Assembly: GCA_963725055.1 (NCBI GenBank)
Contig: CAVRXE010000008.1
Coordinates: 53,568 to 117,567 of the forward strand
Length of the DNA stretch: 64,000 nucleotides
Reading direction: 5' to 3'
DNA from: Candidatus Deferrimicrobiaceae bacterium
Lineage (GTDB): Bacteria > Desulfobacterota > Deferrimicrobia > Deferrimicrobiales > Deferrimicrobiaceae
The position numbers were made by a program, and so were the translations under genes. Each line of letters opens with the position of its first letter. Position 1 is the first letter of the stretch. The notes below the pieces were generated by a model. That model saw only the letters and a program-made list of their open reading frames with translations. It was not told the origin of the DNA and ran no database searches. Shown here one piece after another: positions 49,660 through 59,998 of this stretch.

Positions 49660-50910
49660 TCACGGCCGTGCCGCGACGTTTCCGAGGAAATCCCGGACCA
49701 CCTGGATCATCTTGTTCTTCACCCCGGGCTTCCCCCCCTCGGGGGGCTTCTCGTTTTCGATGAGGAACGCGTCGTGCCCGTGGATCGTCGAGAGCTCCAG
49801 ACACGCCACGGCGAGCCCGTTCTGAAGGATCGCGTTGCGGATCTCCTGCGACTGGTACGTCGGGTAGAGCCAGTCCGTGTCGAAGGAGATGATCAGGAAC
49901 TTCGACGTCACGTTCTCGAACGTCTTCGCCAGCCGCCCCGAGGAACCGGAGAGGTCGAAGATGTCGATCGCCTTCGTGATGCACAGGTACGAGTTGGCGT
50001 CGAACCGGCGGTCGAAGACGAAGATATCCCCCTGGTGCTTCAGGTACCCCTCCACCGAGAATTCGATGGCGGAGTGCTGACCGATCGTCCCCTCGGCCCA
50101 CTTCCCCTGCTTCACGCCCGCCTTCGCCGCGGCGAGCTGCTTCATCCGGCCGAACTTCTCGTGCATCTTCCTGTCCGAGAGGTACGTGATGAACCCCACC
50201 ATCCGAGCCACGGACAGGCCGCGCTCCGGGACGGTCCTCCATCCGTAGTAGTCGCCCTCGTGGAACTCGGGGTCGGCGAGGATCGCCGCACGGCCGACGT
50301 GGTTGAAGGCGATCTGCTGCGGCGAGTGGCGAGAGGTCGTCGCGATCGGGATGGCCGACGCGACGCGGTCCGGGTAGTCGATCGCCCACTGGAGCGCCTG
50401 CATCCCCCCCATCGACCCGCCGATGACCGTCAGCAGGCGGTCGATGCCGAGGTGGTCGAGAAGATGCGCCTGCGCCCGCACCATGTCGCCGATCGTCACC
50501 ACGGGGAACGACAAGCCGTACGGCCTCCCCGTTTTCGGGTCGACGGAGGACGGCCCCGTGCTGCCGTAGCACGATCCGATCACGTTCGAGCAGAGGACGA
50601 AATACTTCTCCGTGTCCAGCGCCCGCCCGGGACCGATCAGGAAGTCCCACCACCCCGGCTTCTCCTTCGACGGGTCCTGCCCCGGAAGGAAACCCGCCGC
50701 GTGGGCGCTCCCGGAGAAGGCGTGCTGCACCAGGACGGCGTTGCTCTTCTCCCGGTTGAGCTTCCCGTACGTCTCGTAGGCGAGCGTGATCGGACCGAGC
50801 TTTCCACCGATGTCCATGGGCATCTCGTGGGGCGGCTCGGCGAAGGTGAACCGATTCGTCTCGACGAAACCGACGGAACCTTGCGGAAGATGCGTTTTCA
50901 TGGAGGTCAT
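49660..50910 (-). CDS. metX: Homoserine O-acetyltransferase
   Basis: Alpha/beta hydrolase with the GGSMGGMQAL nucleophile elbow and overall MetX-like sequence. Confidence 0.85.
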   Translation of the reverse strand: MTSMKTHLPQGSVGFVETNRFTFAEPPHEMPMDIGGKLGPITLAYETYGKLNREKSNAVLVQHAFSGSAHAAGFLPGQDPSKEKPGWWDFLIGPGRALDTEKYFVLCSNVIGSCYGSTGPSSVDPKTGRPYGLSFPVVTIGDMVRAQAHLLDHLGIDRLLTVIGGSMGGMQALQWAIDYPDRVASAIPIATTSRHSPQQIAFNHVGRAAILADPEFHEGDYYGWRTVPERGLSVARMVGFITYLSDRKMHEKFGRMKQLAAAKAGVKQGKWAEGTIGQHSAIEFSVEGYLKHQGDIFVFDRRFDANSYLCITKAIDIFDLSGSSGRLAKTFENVTSKFLIISFDTDWLYPTYQSQEIRNAILQNGLAVACLELSTIHGHDAFLIENEKPPEGGKPGVKNKMIQVVRDFLGNVAARP

Positions 50911-50965
50911 GATACCAAAGATCCCTTCGAAAACGCGCAATGGGATGGGCGGCGGTCGAAAACGG

Positions 50966-50995
50966 GGATTGACAGGAGGGCATATTTGGGATAAT
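50966..50995 (+). promoter_or_regulatory. Sigma-70-like promoter candidate: perfect TTGACA -35 and GATAAT -10
   Basis: ttgacaggagggcatatttgggataat, about 10 nt upstream of ATG 51005. Confidence 0.35.
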
Positions 50996-51004
50996 TTTCC
51001 CAAT

Positions 51005-51827
51005 ATGGAAACAAAGACCAGGAAGGCCGTCTCCGCGGCCGTCACGAACATCCTCCGTCCTCTTGTCCGGCTGCTCCTGAGGAACGGCATCCCCTACCGG
51101 ACGTTTTCCGATATCGCGAAGCGCGTCTACGTCGATGTGGCCACGGAGGAGTTCTGCATTCCCGGTCGGAAGCAGTCCAAGTCCCGGGTTTCCATCATCA
51201 CCGGCCTCTCCCGAAAAGAGGTATTGCGCGTGAGGCGCCTCTCTGCACCGGAGGACCTGGGAGCCGGCGAAAGGTACAACCGGGCGGCGCGCGTGATCGC
51301 CGGCTGGGTCCGGGACCGCCGGTTCCGCACCAATACGGGAAATCCGGCCGAGCTTTCCTTCGAGGGTGGTGCCGCTTCCTTCAGGAAACTCGTCAAGACC
51401 TACAGCGGGGACGCTCCCGCCCGGGCGGTGCTCGACGAACTGCTGCGGGTGGGGACCGTCCAACGGACACCGAAAGGAAAGATCCGATTGCTCGAGCGGT
51501 CGTACATCCCGAAGACCGGGGAAATCGACAAGATCGGCATTCTCGGCGTCGACGCGTCGCACCTGATCGCGACCATCGACCACAACATCCGTCAATCCGA
51601 CACCCCGTTTTTCCAAAGGAAGGTCAGTTACGACAACCTTCCTCTGGAGGTACTCCCTGAACTGAAAAAGAAGGCGGCGGATCGAGGGCAAGCCTTGCTG
51701 GAATCCATGGACCGGTGGATGAGCGCCCGGGACCGGGACGTCAACCCCGGGGTCCCCGGGACGGGGAGAAAGCGGGCAGGGATCGGGATCTACTATTTCC
51801 AGGAAGACTACCGGGAGGGGGGGAGGC
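51005..51827 (+). CDS. Hypothetical protein with a possible HTH. The end is uncertain because there is no in-frame stop before the next gene
   Basis: METKTRKAV... has plausible composition for about 270 aa (segment SIITGLSRKEVLRVRRL), then degrades into an Arg-rich tail. The next gene starts at 51828 with a strong RBS. Confidence 0.3.
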
Positions 51828-52845
51828 ATGATACCCGCGAGTCGATCGATCCGTGCCCTTGCCGGCGCCTTGCTGCTCGCGTCCGTTGCCATTTCCCTCT
51901 CGACCTGTGGTGGGATCGGGGGTTCCGAGTTCGCCGGCGGGGGGACCGGCGGGACGGGGATCAGCACGGGATCCGTCTCCGGGTTCGGCAGCGTCGTCGT
52001 GAACGGCGTGCATTACCGCACCGACGGGGAAGTGGCGCCGCAGTTCGTCACGAAAAAGATCTACAACGGGAATGACAACAGCTCCAAAAAGGACCGGGAG
52101 CTGTTCCAGGTCGGGATGGTCGTTACTGTCCGGCACGCCCCGGAAGACAACAACGCGTTGGAGATCGAATATCGGGACAATCTCCAGGGGGTCATTGCGG
52201 CGAAAGTTTCCGGAACGGAGAACATACATCGAGGTCTTCGGCCAGAGCGTCGTTGTGGACAACGCGGCGCTCTTTGCCCTGATACAGCGAAACGACATCG
52301 TGGAGGTCAGCGGATTCGTGGACGACGCCGGCCGGATCCGGGCGGTCAGCATCCTCCCCATCTCTCCCTCGGTCAGGGAGTTCGAAGTCAAGGGATTCGT
52401 CTCCGGGCTATCCCTTCCTGATGCGACTTTCCGGCTCGGCCCGCTGCCGGGCGGTTCCGGCGCGAGCGTGACGGTTTCCTTTGGCCCGGCATCGGTTTCC
52501 GGTCTTGCCGGTGGGCTGGCGAACGGTATGTACGTCGAGGTCGCGACCACCGACAGGGAGCCGTTCGGGGGCATCATCACCGCCACCCGGATCGTGAAAC
52601 TCGCCGCGCGGACGGAATTCCCGGACGGGACGCCGGTCGATCTTGAGGGGCTGGTAACCACGCCATGGAGCGGTTCCGTAAACGACCTCTCCTTCGCCGT
52701 GGAAGGGAAACGGGTGCGGTGGGAAGCCGGCACGGAATTTGGGGGTGGCACCCGGGACGACCTCCGGCAAACCAATCTGAAGGTGCAGGTCCATGGGATG
52801 GAAACCGGCGGGGTCCTATCCGCTGCCCGAATCGTTTTCCGATAG
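51828..52845 (+). CDS. DUF5666-like repetitive lipoprotein, with an apparent frame change at about 52215-52235
   Basis: Lipobox LSTC, then SGFGSVVVNGVHYRT. The second half (TYIEVFGQSVVVDNAAL...) is in another frame. Confidence 0.5.
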
Positions 52846-52989
52846 GAAAATCGGTCCGCCACGCCGACGGAAACGATAGTGGAGGGGAACATGAATTTCT
52901 TCGGAACGGGTGCCGCCGGTATCCTGGGGTCAGGTTCCACGCCCTGGTTGTTGATATCGATTGGATTGGGTCTGGTCGTGTTGGGGATG

Positions 52990-53200
52990 TGGTGCCGGAA
53001 GAAGATCTTTCCCCGGCGCGTCGGAACCGGCGACGGTCAGCGTCCCCATCGCATCCTCCCCGGATTTCCCCGCCGGGACGATCTTCGCGGCAAAGACCGC
53101 GTCGCCGGCCGGGGCGTCATCCCCTTCCGCGACCGCGCCACCCTTCAACCACGTCTGGGTGACGGTGAAAAGGAAAGGACATCGAAAGAGGAGGAAAGTG
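52990..53200 (+). repeat. Partial tandem duplicate of the 5-prime coding region of the downstream lipoprotein gene
   Basis: ATVSVPIASSPDFPAGTIFAAKT...APPFNHVWVTVKRK at 52990-53190 parallels ATVSVSIASAPSF...SPSFDNVFVTVTKIAL at 53330-53510, with clear nucleotide similarity. Confidence 0.4.
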
Positions 53201-53202
53201 CC

Positions 53203-54456
53203 ATGAGAACACCCGAACGAACGTTCCGGAAAGTCACGCACCTGCTCCTTGCCCTGACGATTTCCGCCACCCTCGCCGCGTGCGGCGGAGGCGGGGGAGG
53301 AAGCACTGGTTCGACTTCTCCCGGCGTGTCGGGGCCAGCGACGGTCAGCGTTTCCATCGCATCCGCCCCGAGCTTTTCCCGCGGGGACGACCTTCGCAAC
53401 ATCGACCGCGTCACCGGTCACCGCAGCGCGCCCCCGCGAACTCCCCGTCCTTCGACAACGTCTTCGTGACGGTGACGAAGATTGCGCTGATCCCCTCGAC
53501 CGGCCCCGAATTGCCGGATCCGGGCGGGCAACTGGAGAGTTCCTCCGCGGATGAGGGGGGCAAGGGGTTCGTGACGGCTACGCTTACCTCGCCCGTCGTG
53601 ATCGACCTGCTGAACCTCTCGGGGGACAATGCGGCCACGCTGCTGAACAGGTTTCCCGGTGTGCCGGCAGGGGAATATTCCAAGGTCCGGGTGTATTACG
53701 ACAACGTGGTTGGCCATACCGATGGCGCCCCCGACACGTTGTTCCATCCCACGGCGCATTATCACTTCGACGTCCACTTCGTGGGCGGGAATCTCGTGAT
53801 CCCTGTGGCGACGGACCCGCAGGGAGGGATCCGGCTCTTCTCGGTGGTCATCAACGTGGTCGGCCTGAAGTACCACGAGGCCGGGAACAGCGGGAACGTC
53901 CTGTTGCGGCCCCAGGTCTTCGCCAAGGTGGTCGACGCGCCGAAATACATCGTCTCGGGCGTGGCGCAAAACGTGAACCCGGCGGATAACACCTTCGACA
54001 TCCACACTCCGGGAGGCACGATCGTTCCCGCCGCCTATGGAGCGGCCACGGGCTGGATCTACATGGACAACACTTGTGGATCCCGTCCGGAGGAGCAGCG
54101 CGGCCGGCCTCGTCCTTGGCGCCAGCGGGCTGGATAACGGCGCGTTCGTCGAGCGTGATCGGCACGTTCACCCCGGGCGACGTCCTCCTGGCGAGGGAGG
54201 TGGACATCACCTTCCCGGATGTGCTCACGGGCGAGTTTTCGTCGGCTGGAAGGGCGACAACACCTTCGACCTGCGGATCCCCGCCGGGGACAACACCGTC
54301 TTCCCGATGCCCGCGCGGACGACGGCGTTTTACGACAACGCGGTCGATTTCGGCCAGTTAAACGATACGAACATCACGGACAACGCGGCGATCGTCGCGC
54401 GGGGCTACAAGGTGACCGGCGGCATCGAGGCCTACTGGATCACCATCGGGCCATGA
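53203..54456 (+). pseudogene. DUF4382-like lipoprotein gene broken into at least 3 frames
   Basis: Good RBS (gaggaaagtgcc) plus ATG 53203. Signal and lipobox TLAAC. The core FDNVFVTVTKIALIPS... is in frame +2. The C-terminal part ...ITDNAAIVARGYKVTGGIEAYWITIGP* is in a third frame. Confidence 0.45.
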
Positions 54457-54521
54457 CGTCCCGGGAATCGGTCGGCGAGGAGGCGCCACATCGTAAGGCC
54501 CGCGGGCGCGAACGCAAGGAA

Positions 54522-54556
54522 GGGGTTACGGCAATCGCCGTAGCCCCTTTTTTTTA
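54522..54556 (+). terminator. Rho-independent terminator
   Basis: ggggttacggc-aatc-gccgtagcccc is an 11-bp stem with one G-U pair, followed by T8. Confidence 0.7.
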
Positions 54557-54596
54557 AATTGCGGATAATGAAGAAACGGCCGCGCGGAGGCCATCG

Positions 54597-57371
54597 ATGA
54601 AAAAACAGGATCCTTCCAGCCTCGACGGACTTGTCCTCCGGTTCCAGGAGACGATGGGAGGCCATGTCGGGATCGATGAATCCGAGCCCTTGGCAGGCTC
54701 CGCGCGAGGGCAGAGGGAGAACACTCCCCTCCAGTTCGAAGTCGAGATCCGGATCGATGACCTGGGGCGCTTCCTTCGGGTCGCCGACCATGCGGCGCAA
54801 CTTTCGGGCACGGTGACGTTCGGACCGCTCGGCGGCCGCCTTCCCATCCGGGACGGTGTATTCAACCTCTTCTCGGTGGACCCCGGGACCGGAATACGCC
54901 GGATGACCTACGCGTTCCGGTTCACGGCGCCGGACGGCCAGTTGTATTTCCTTCACGGACACAAGGAGATCCACGACGACCCGGGTGCGCTCGATGTGGT
55001 ACCCGACATGACCACGCTGTTCACCATCCTCTATCGCGGCCCGGACGAGCAGGCCCCCGTATACGCGGCGGGGGTGCTCACGTTCGACCTGAAGAACGCA
55101 CCTGCCCTGGTGGCTTCGATGAAGGTAGACGGTACGAATTCCCTGTTGCAGAAGGCGGCGGCGTACACCGCCTTCGCCTCGTTCGCCTACGGCGCCCTCA
55201 GGGACGAGTACCTTCAGGGGGTTCGCCTTCTCTACGACACCCGGTACGAAAACCTTGTCCTGTCCGGCCGGATGCGGCGCGCCGACGGCGCCGAGGTGCC
55301 GTTTTTCCTCGGGTCCGGCGTTCACGAACGCGGCTTTCCCTGGGGGGATGGCGAACTATTCTCCGACGTCCTGCTGGTCGTCGGCGACGGGAAGGGGGGG
55401 TTCCAACGGTTCTGCATCACCGATCGCACGCTGGAAGGCCTCTTTCTCGACATCTCCGGCGGCGTCTACCGCTACCACGGCCCGCTTTTCGCAATCACCG
55501 ATGGATATTCCACCTCTTTCTCCCGGATGCGGGCGGGCGCATCGATGCCCGTAACGTTCCATGCGCGCATCGATATCACTTTCGAGGCCCGGTCTTACGA
55601 CGCCGCGGCCGTGACCTTTCCTCGCGTTCCAAAGCTCGTCCGGAAGCTTTCCTCCACCATGGCCAACGAGCTTCGCACACATCTTCCGGGAACGAATCCC
55701 CTGGGGATCTTCATCACACCTCACACCGTTACGGTTCGCGCAGGGAGCCTGACGGTAAGCGATGCCGGTACCGAAGCGTCCGGTCCGGACAGGAGCTTCA
55801 CGATCCTCGATCGACGCACCTTCGGAGAGGCCGAGCGAGGCACGTTCCGGAACGTGAAGTGGCCGACCTTGCTCTACGGGTACCTGTGCGCCATCCGGCC
55901 GGAAGAACGGGCCGTCCGGGTCCAGATCCACTCACGGACACTTCGGCATGAACGGGAGCACTGGGTCCGTGACCAACTGGACGCCTTCCTGGGAACCGTC
56001 ATTTCCCGGTCGTGTTCCTGCGAGATGCGGATGGAAAGGGATGCGCTGCAAGTCATCCCACTCGCTGCCGCCGACAAGAAGGCGGAACGGATACCGCTCC
56101 TCCGGAAGCTCGGCGAACCGCTGCTCGAGGTGAACAACGACCACTTTCCCACGGCGATCTTCCAGCGCCGGATCGTCGAGGTCCTCGACCCCTCCGGGCA
56201 ACGCTGCCTCGCGCTCGAGGACGACATGTCGCTGCTGCGCCTCGAGGCGATCGGCACCGCGCGGAAGGCGACGGTCGCCAGCATCCGGGACGAGGACAAG
56301 TTCGCCGCGTTGGACCGGGTCCTGGCGGAAACGGGCTTCGACGGGATCCTGGAGGCCAGGCGGAAGGACTCCGGGAAGGCCCGGGAGGATTTCTCCATCG
56401 TCATCAAGCCGAGCTTCATGTTCGCCTACGACAAAAGGGATCACTCGACCTACACCGATCCCGAGCTGGTCCATCACCTCGTGAAAAGGCTGCGGGAGCG
56501 GGGCTTCAGGAAGCTAAGCGTCGTCGAGGCCCAGTCGACGTACGGCGAATACTTCGACAAGCGGAGCGTCCGCGAGGTGGCCGACTATTTAGGCTTCGAC
56601 GGGAAAGCCGGGTACGAGGTCGTGGACATGACCTTGGACGCCGACGAGGTGCAACAACTCGGGCCGCACCTCGGGAATCACCCCGTATCGCGCAGTTGGC
56701 GCGAGGCGGACTTCCGTATCTCGTTCGCCAAGAACAAGACCCACGCCTACGCTTACTACACGCTTACGCTGAAGAACATCTATGGCGCGCTGCCGCTCGC
56801 GAACAAGTTCAAGGAGTACCACTGCGGCAGGGGAATCTACGAAACCACCATCGAGTACCTGAAGGCGTTCCCCGTGGAGTACGGCCTGGTGGACGCCTAC
56901 CTCAGCGCCGACGGGCCTTTCGGGATATTCGCCGATCCCGCACCGAACGAAACGAACACCATCCTCGGCGGAACCGACCTGGTGGCCGTGGACTGGATCG
57001 CCGCGAGCAAGATGGGGATCGACCCGTTGATCAGCCCGTACATGAAGCTCGCGGTCGAGGCCTTCGGCAAACCGGAGATCCGCCTTGTCGGAGATACGAA
57101 CCCCTATCGCCCCTGGCTGAACGTGCCGGTCGCCCTGACCCTGTTCACGAACAAAGGGGTCGACGCGAACCACTACTTCGGGAACCTCATGTACTCGGCC
57201 GCCGCGCAGATGGACGAGACGCACTTCAAGCACAAGAACCGGGCGTTGTACATGCGGTTGCTACGGAGGATGACCGTTCCGCTGCGCCGCGCCTTCTTCC
57301 TGCGTACGGGGGAAAACCCGTCCCGGGCAAACCGACTGTTCAGTTCGTTGTTCTACAAGATGGGATTATGA
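54597..57371 (+). CDS. Large (924 aa) protein with an unrecognised N-terminal region of about 560 aa fused to a C-terminal DUF362-like domain
   Basis: GGAGG RBS 8 nt upstream. The C-terminus has IVIKPSFMF...KNKTHAYAYYTLTLKNIYGALP...GGTDLVAVDWIAASKMGIDP, resembling DUF362 (from memory). The N-terminus has no recognised motifs. Confidence 0.65.
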   Translation: MKKQDPSSLDGLVLRFQETMGGHVGIDESEPLAGSARGQRENTPLQFEVEIRIDDLGRFLRVADHAAQLSGTVTFGPLGGRLPIRDGVFNLFSVDPGTGIRRMTYAFRFTAPDGQLYFLHGHKEIHDDPGALDVVPDMTTLFTILYRGPDEQAPVYAAGVLTFDLKNAPALVASMKVDGTNSLLQKAAAYTAFASFAYGALRDEYLQGVRLLYDTRYENLVLSGRMRRADGAEVPFFLGSGVHERGFPWGDGELFSDVLLVVGDGKGGFQRFCITDRTLEGLFLDISGGVYRYHGPLFAITDGYSTSFSRMRAGASMPVTFHARIDITFEARSYDAAAVTFPRVPKLVRKLSSTMANELRTHLPGTNPLGIFITPHTVTVRAGSLTVSDAGTEASGPDRSFTILDRRTFGEAERGTFRNVKWPTLLYGYLCAIRPEERAVRVQIHSRTLRHEREHWVRDQLDAFLGTVISRSCSCEMRMERDALQVIPLAAADKKAERIPLLRKLGEPLLEVNNDHFPTAIFQRRIVEVLDPSGQRCLALEDDMSLLRLEAIGTARKATVASIRDEDKFAALDRVLAETGFDGILEARRKDSGKAREDFSIVIKPSFMFAYDKRDHSTYTDPELVHHLVKRLRERGFRKLSVVEAQSTYGEYFDKRSVREVADYLGFDGKAGYEVVDMTLDADEVQQLGPHLGNHPVSRSWREADFRISFAKNKTHAYAYYTLTLKNIYGALPLANKFKEYHCGRGIYETTIEYLKAFPVEYGLVDAYLSADGPFGIFADPAPNETNTILGGTDLVAVDWIAASKMGIDPLISPYMKLAVEAFGKPEIRLVGDTNPYRPWLNVPVALTLFTNKGVDANHYFGNLMYSAAAQMDETHFKHKNRALYMRLLRRMTVPLRRAFFLRTGENPSRANRLFSSLFYKMGL

Positions 57372-57544
57372 CAAGGTGGATCCATCGTTATAAATTATAT
57401 TCATTCCTGCCCGCGTTTCCTGATCGAAAAGACCCCATAAACAACGAGAATCACGGGCATGTGGCACAATGAAGGGAAGCCGATCCCTCCTCCCGCCCCG
57501 CGGGGAAGAGACCGCGGTGCAAATCAGGAAATGGAGCACGCTGC

Positions 57545-59359
57545 ATGGCGCTGTTGAGCTTGCGGGACATCCGGGTCGCCTTCGGCGGACCGCCGCTGCT
57601 CGAGGGGGCGAGCCTGCAGATCGAGCCGGGGGACCGGATCTGTCTCCTGGGCCGGAACGGGACGGGGAAATCCACCCTGCTGAAGGTCGTCGACGGGGAG
57701 ATCGCTCCGGACGAAGGCGGGATCGTTCGGCAACAGGGCGTAACGGTCGCCCTCGTCCCCCAGGAGATCCCGCCCGGTCTTTCGGGTACCGTGTACGAAG
57801 TCGTATCCGGCGGCCCCCGGATGGCGGCGGAGAAGGCGATCTCCCGCCTTGGCCTTTCTCCGGGCGCCGATTTCGGGACCCTTTCGGGGGGGATGCAGCG
57901 CCGGGCGCTGATCGCCCGGGCGCTTGCCCGGAACCCGGACATCCTCCTTCTCGACGAGCCCACCAACCACCTGGACATCGACGGCATCGCCTGGCTCGAG
58001 AGCTTCCTGCTCCGGGAGGCGCGGACGCTCCTCTTCGTCACGCACGACCGGATGTTCCTGCGGAAAGTGGCGACGCGGATCGTGGAGCTCGACCGCGGGA
58101 GACTCCGGGACTGGGCGTGCGATTACGACACGTACCTCGAGCGCCGGGATGCGGACCTTGCGGCCGAAACCGCGCAGAGGGCGCGGTTCGACAAGAGGCT
58201 CGCCGAGGAGGAAACGTGGATCCGCCGGGGCGTGAAGGCGCGAAGCACCCGGAACGAGGGGCGGGTGCGCGCGCTGGAGAGGATGCGCGAGGAGCGGCGG
58301 GCGCGGCGGGAGCATGTGGGCACGGTGCGCATGGAGGCGCAACGCGCCGTTCCCTCCGGCAGGCTCGTCGTCGAGGCCCGGGGGGTGGAGGCCGGCTACG
58401 GCGATCGTCCCGGGATCCGGGAATTCTCGACCACGATCCTCCGGGGCGACCGGGTGGGGGTCATCGGGCCGAACGGGTCGGGCAAGACGACGTTGCTTCG
58501 CGTCCTCCTGGGGGAGTTGTCCCCGCGGATCGGAACGGTGCGGCTCGGTACCCGCCTGACCGTAGCGTATTCCGACCAGCTTCGCGAGGGTCTGGACGAG
58601 GAGAGGACCGTGGCCGAGAACCTCGGGGACGGGAGCGACACCGTCACCGTCAACGGCCGGCCGCGGAACGTGATCGGCTACCTCCAGGACGTGCTCTTCT
58701 CCCCCGACCGGGCCAGAAGCCCCGTGCGGGTTCTCTCCGGGGGGGAACGGAACCGCCTGCAGCTGGCGAAGCTCTTCACGAAACCGTTCAACCTCCTCGT
58801 CCTCGATGAACCGACGAACGACCTGGACATCGAAACCCTGGACCTCCTGGAAGACCTCCTCCTTGAGTATGCGGGCACCCTCCTCCTCGTGAGCCACGAC
58901 CGGGCGTTCCTGAACAACGTGGTGACCAGCACCCTGGTGATCGCCGCGGACGGGACGGTGGCCGAATACGTCGGGGGGTACGACGACTGGTTGAAGCAGC
59001 GGGGAGAGAGCGTTCCCACGGAAACGGGAACGACCGCCCCCCCGCGGGAAAAACCGCGCCCGAAGCGCGAGGGGCCGCGCAAGTTAAGCTTCAGGGAGCG
59101 GCGGGAATTTTCAGAGCTTCCGGGGCGGATCCGGGACGCGGAGGCGGAAATCGCGGCCCTCGAAGCCGAACAGGACGAACTGCAACGCGCCATGGCCGAC
59201 CCCGCCTTCTACCGCCAGGGCGGGGAACGCGTCGCGCAAGGCCGGGCCCGCCTGGAAGCGGTGCGGACCGGGATCGAGGAGGCGTACCACCGCTGGGAAA
59301 CCCTGGAGGCGGCACGGAAGGAACTCGAGGCGATCGACGGGAACTCCCCTAGCGGATGA
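57545..59359 (+). CDS. ABC-F family ATPase (Uup/EttA-like, two ABC domains plus a C-terminal coiled coil)
   Basis: Two Walker A motifs (GRNGTGKST, GPNGSGKTT), two signatures (LSGGMQRR, LSGGERNR), an inter-domain linker and no TM domain. Confidence 0.9.
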   Translation: MALLSLRDIRVAFGGPPLLEGASLQIEPGDRICLLGRNGTGKSTLLKVVDGEIAPDEGGIVRQQGVTVALVPQEIPPGLSGTVYEVVSGGPRMAAEKAISRLGLSPGADFGTLSGGMQRRALIARALARNPDILLLDEPTNHLDIDGIAWLESFLLREARTLLFVTHDRMFLRKVATRIVELDRGRLRDWACDYDTYLERRDADLAAETAQRARFDKRLAEEETWIRRGVKARSTRNEGRVRALERMREERRARREHVGTVRMEAQRAVPSGRLVVEARGVEAGYGDRPGIREFSTTILRGDRVGVIGPNGSGKTTLLRVLLGELSPRIGTVRLGTRLTVAYSDQLREGLDEERTVAENLGDGSDTVTVNGRPRNVIGYLQDVLFSPDRARSPVRVLSGGERNRLQLAKLFTKPFNLLVLDEPTNDLDIETLDLLEDLLLEYAGTLLLVSHDRAFLNNVVTSTLVIAADGTVAEYVGGYDDWLKQRGESVPTETGTTAPPREKPRPKREGPRKLSFRERREFSELPGRIRDAEAEIAALEAEQDELQRAMADPAFYRQGGERVAQGRARLEAVRTGIEEAYHRWETLEAARKELEAIDGNSPSG

Positions 59360-59954
59360 GCTTGGCTTCCGATAGCCCGTCGAGCATGGTTTTGACGAAG
59401 GCCTGTATCAGTTCATACCGGGTGGCGGTTAATTTCGTTGTGGAGCGGCCGGACCAGATCAGCTTCTCATCGCCGACGTTGTACAGGTTCGTTTCCAGAT
59501 ATGCAGTCCCCTCCGTTTCCGTGTACGCCGGTCGGTAGCTGTAATTGTAATACGCACCGTAGTAGCCGTAATACGTCGGCACGGCATAGGCTTGTCCGGG
59601 AACGTAGTTTTTCACCGTTTCCATATCCACGATCCTCGTCACCAGGACGGTGTCCGCCCCGAATTTCCTGATCTTCCCGATCACGACATCCTTGTCCGGC
59701 ATTTCGGCGTCGGAGACGATTTTGCGACTTGCGGTGGCATCCACGCCGCGTGCCCTCAAGCGGTCCGCAAATTCATCCTCGAAGATCTTCCGGGTGTCCG
59801 GCTCCTTGAAAATACCGACGACGACGACCTTCCGGATCGTTCCCCGGTACGTGTCATCCCTCCAGGTATCCGTCATCTTCGTGGTGGCGCAGGACGCCGA
59901 CAGACAGAAGCAGGCGACCAGGAAAAGCACGGAGCGCTTTGCCAGGGGCTTCAT
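59349..59954 (-). CDS. Lipoprotein with a Tyr-rich tract (DUF4136-like)
   Basis: Lipobox LSASC. Central PTYYGYYGAYYNYSYRP. Confidence 0.5.
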   Translation of the reverse strand: MKPLAKRSVLFLVACFCLSASCATTKMTDTWRDDTYRGTIRKVVVVGIFKEPDTRKIFEDEFADRLRARGVDATASRKIVSDAEMPDKDVVIGKIRKFGADTVLVTRIVDMETVKNYVPGQAYAVPTYYGYYGAYYNYSYRPAYTETEGTAYLETNLYNVGDEKLIWSGRSTTKLTATRYELIQAFVKTMLDGLSEAKLIR

Positions 59955-59998
59955 CGTTTTCTCTCCCTGCAGGACACGTTCGTATCCCGGCATCCTGT

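Noticed and set aside
48749-51967. A 1072-aa ORF
   Set aside because: Composite frame running through the OmpA-like gene, then antisense or out-of-frame through metX and beyond. Only the C-terminal 294 aa are a real protein.
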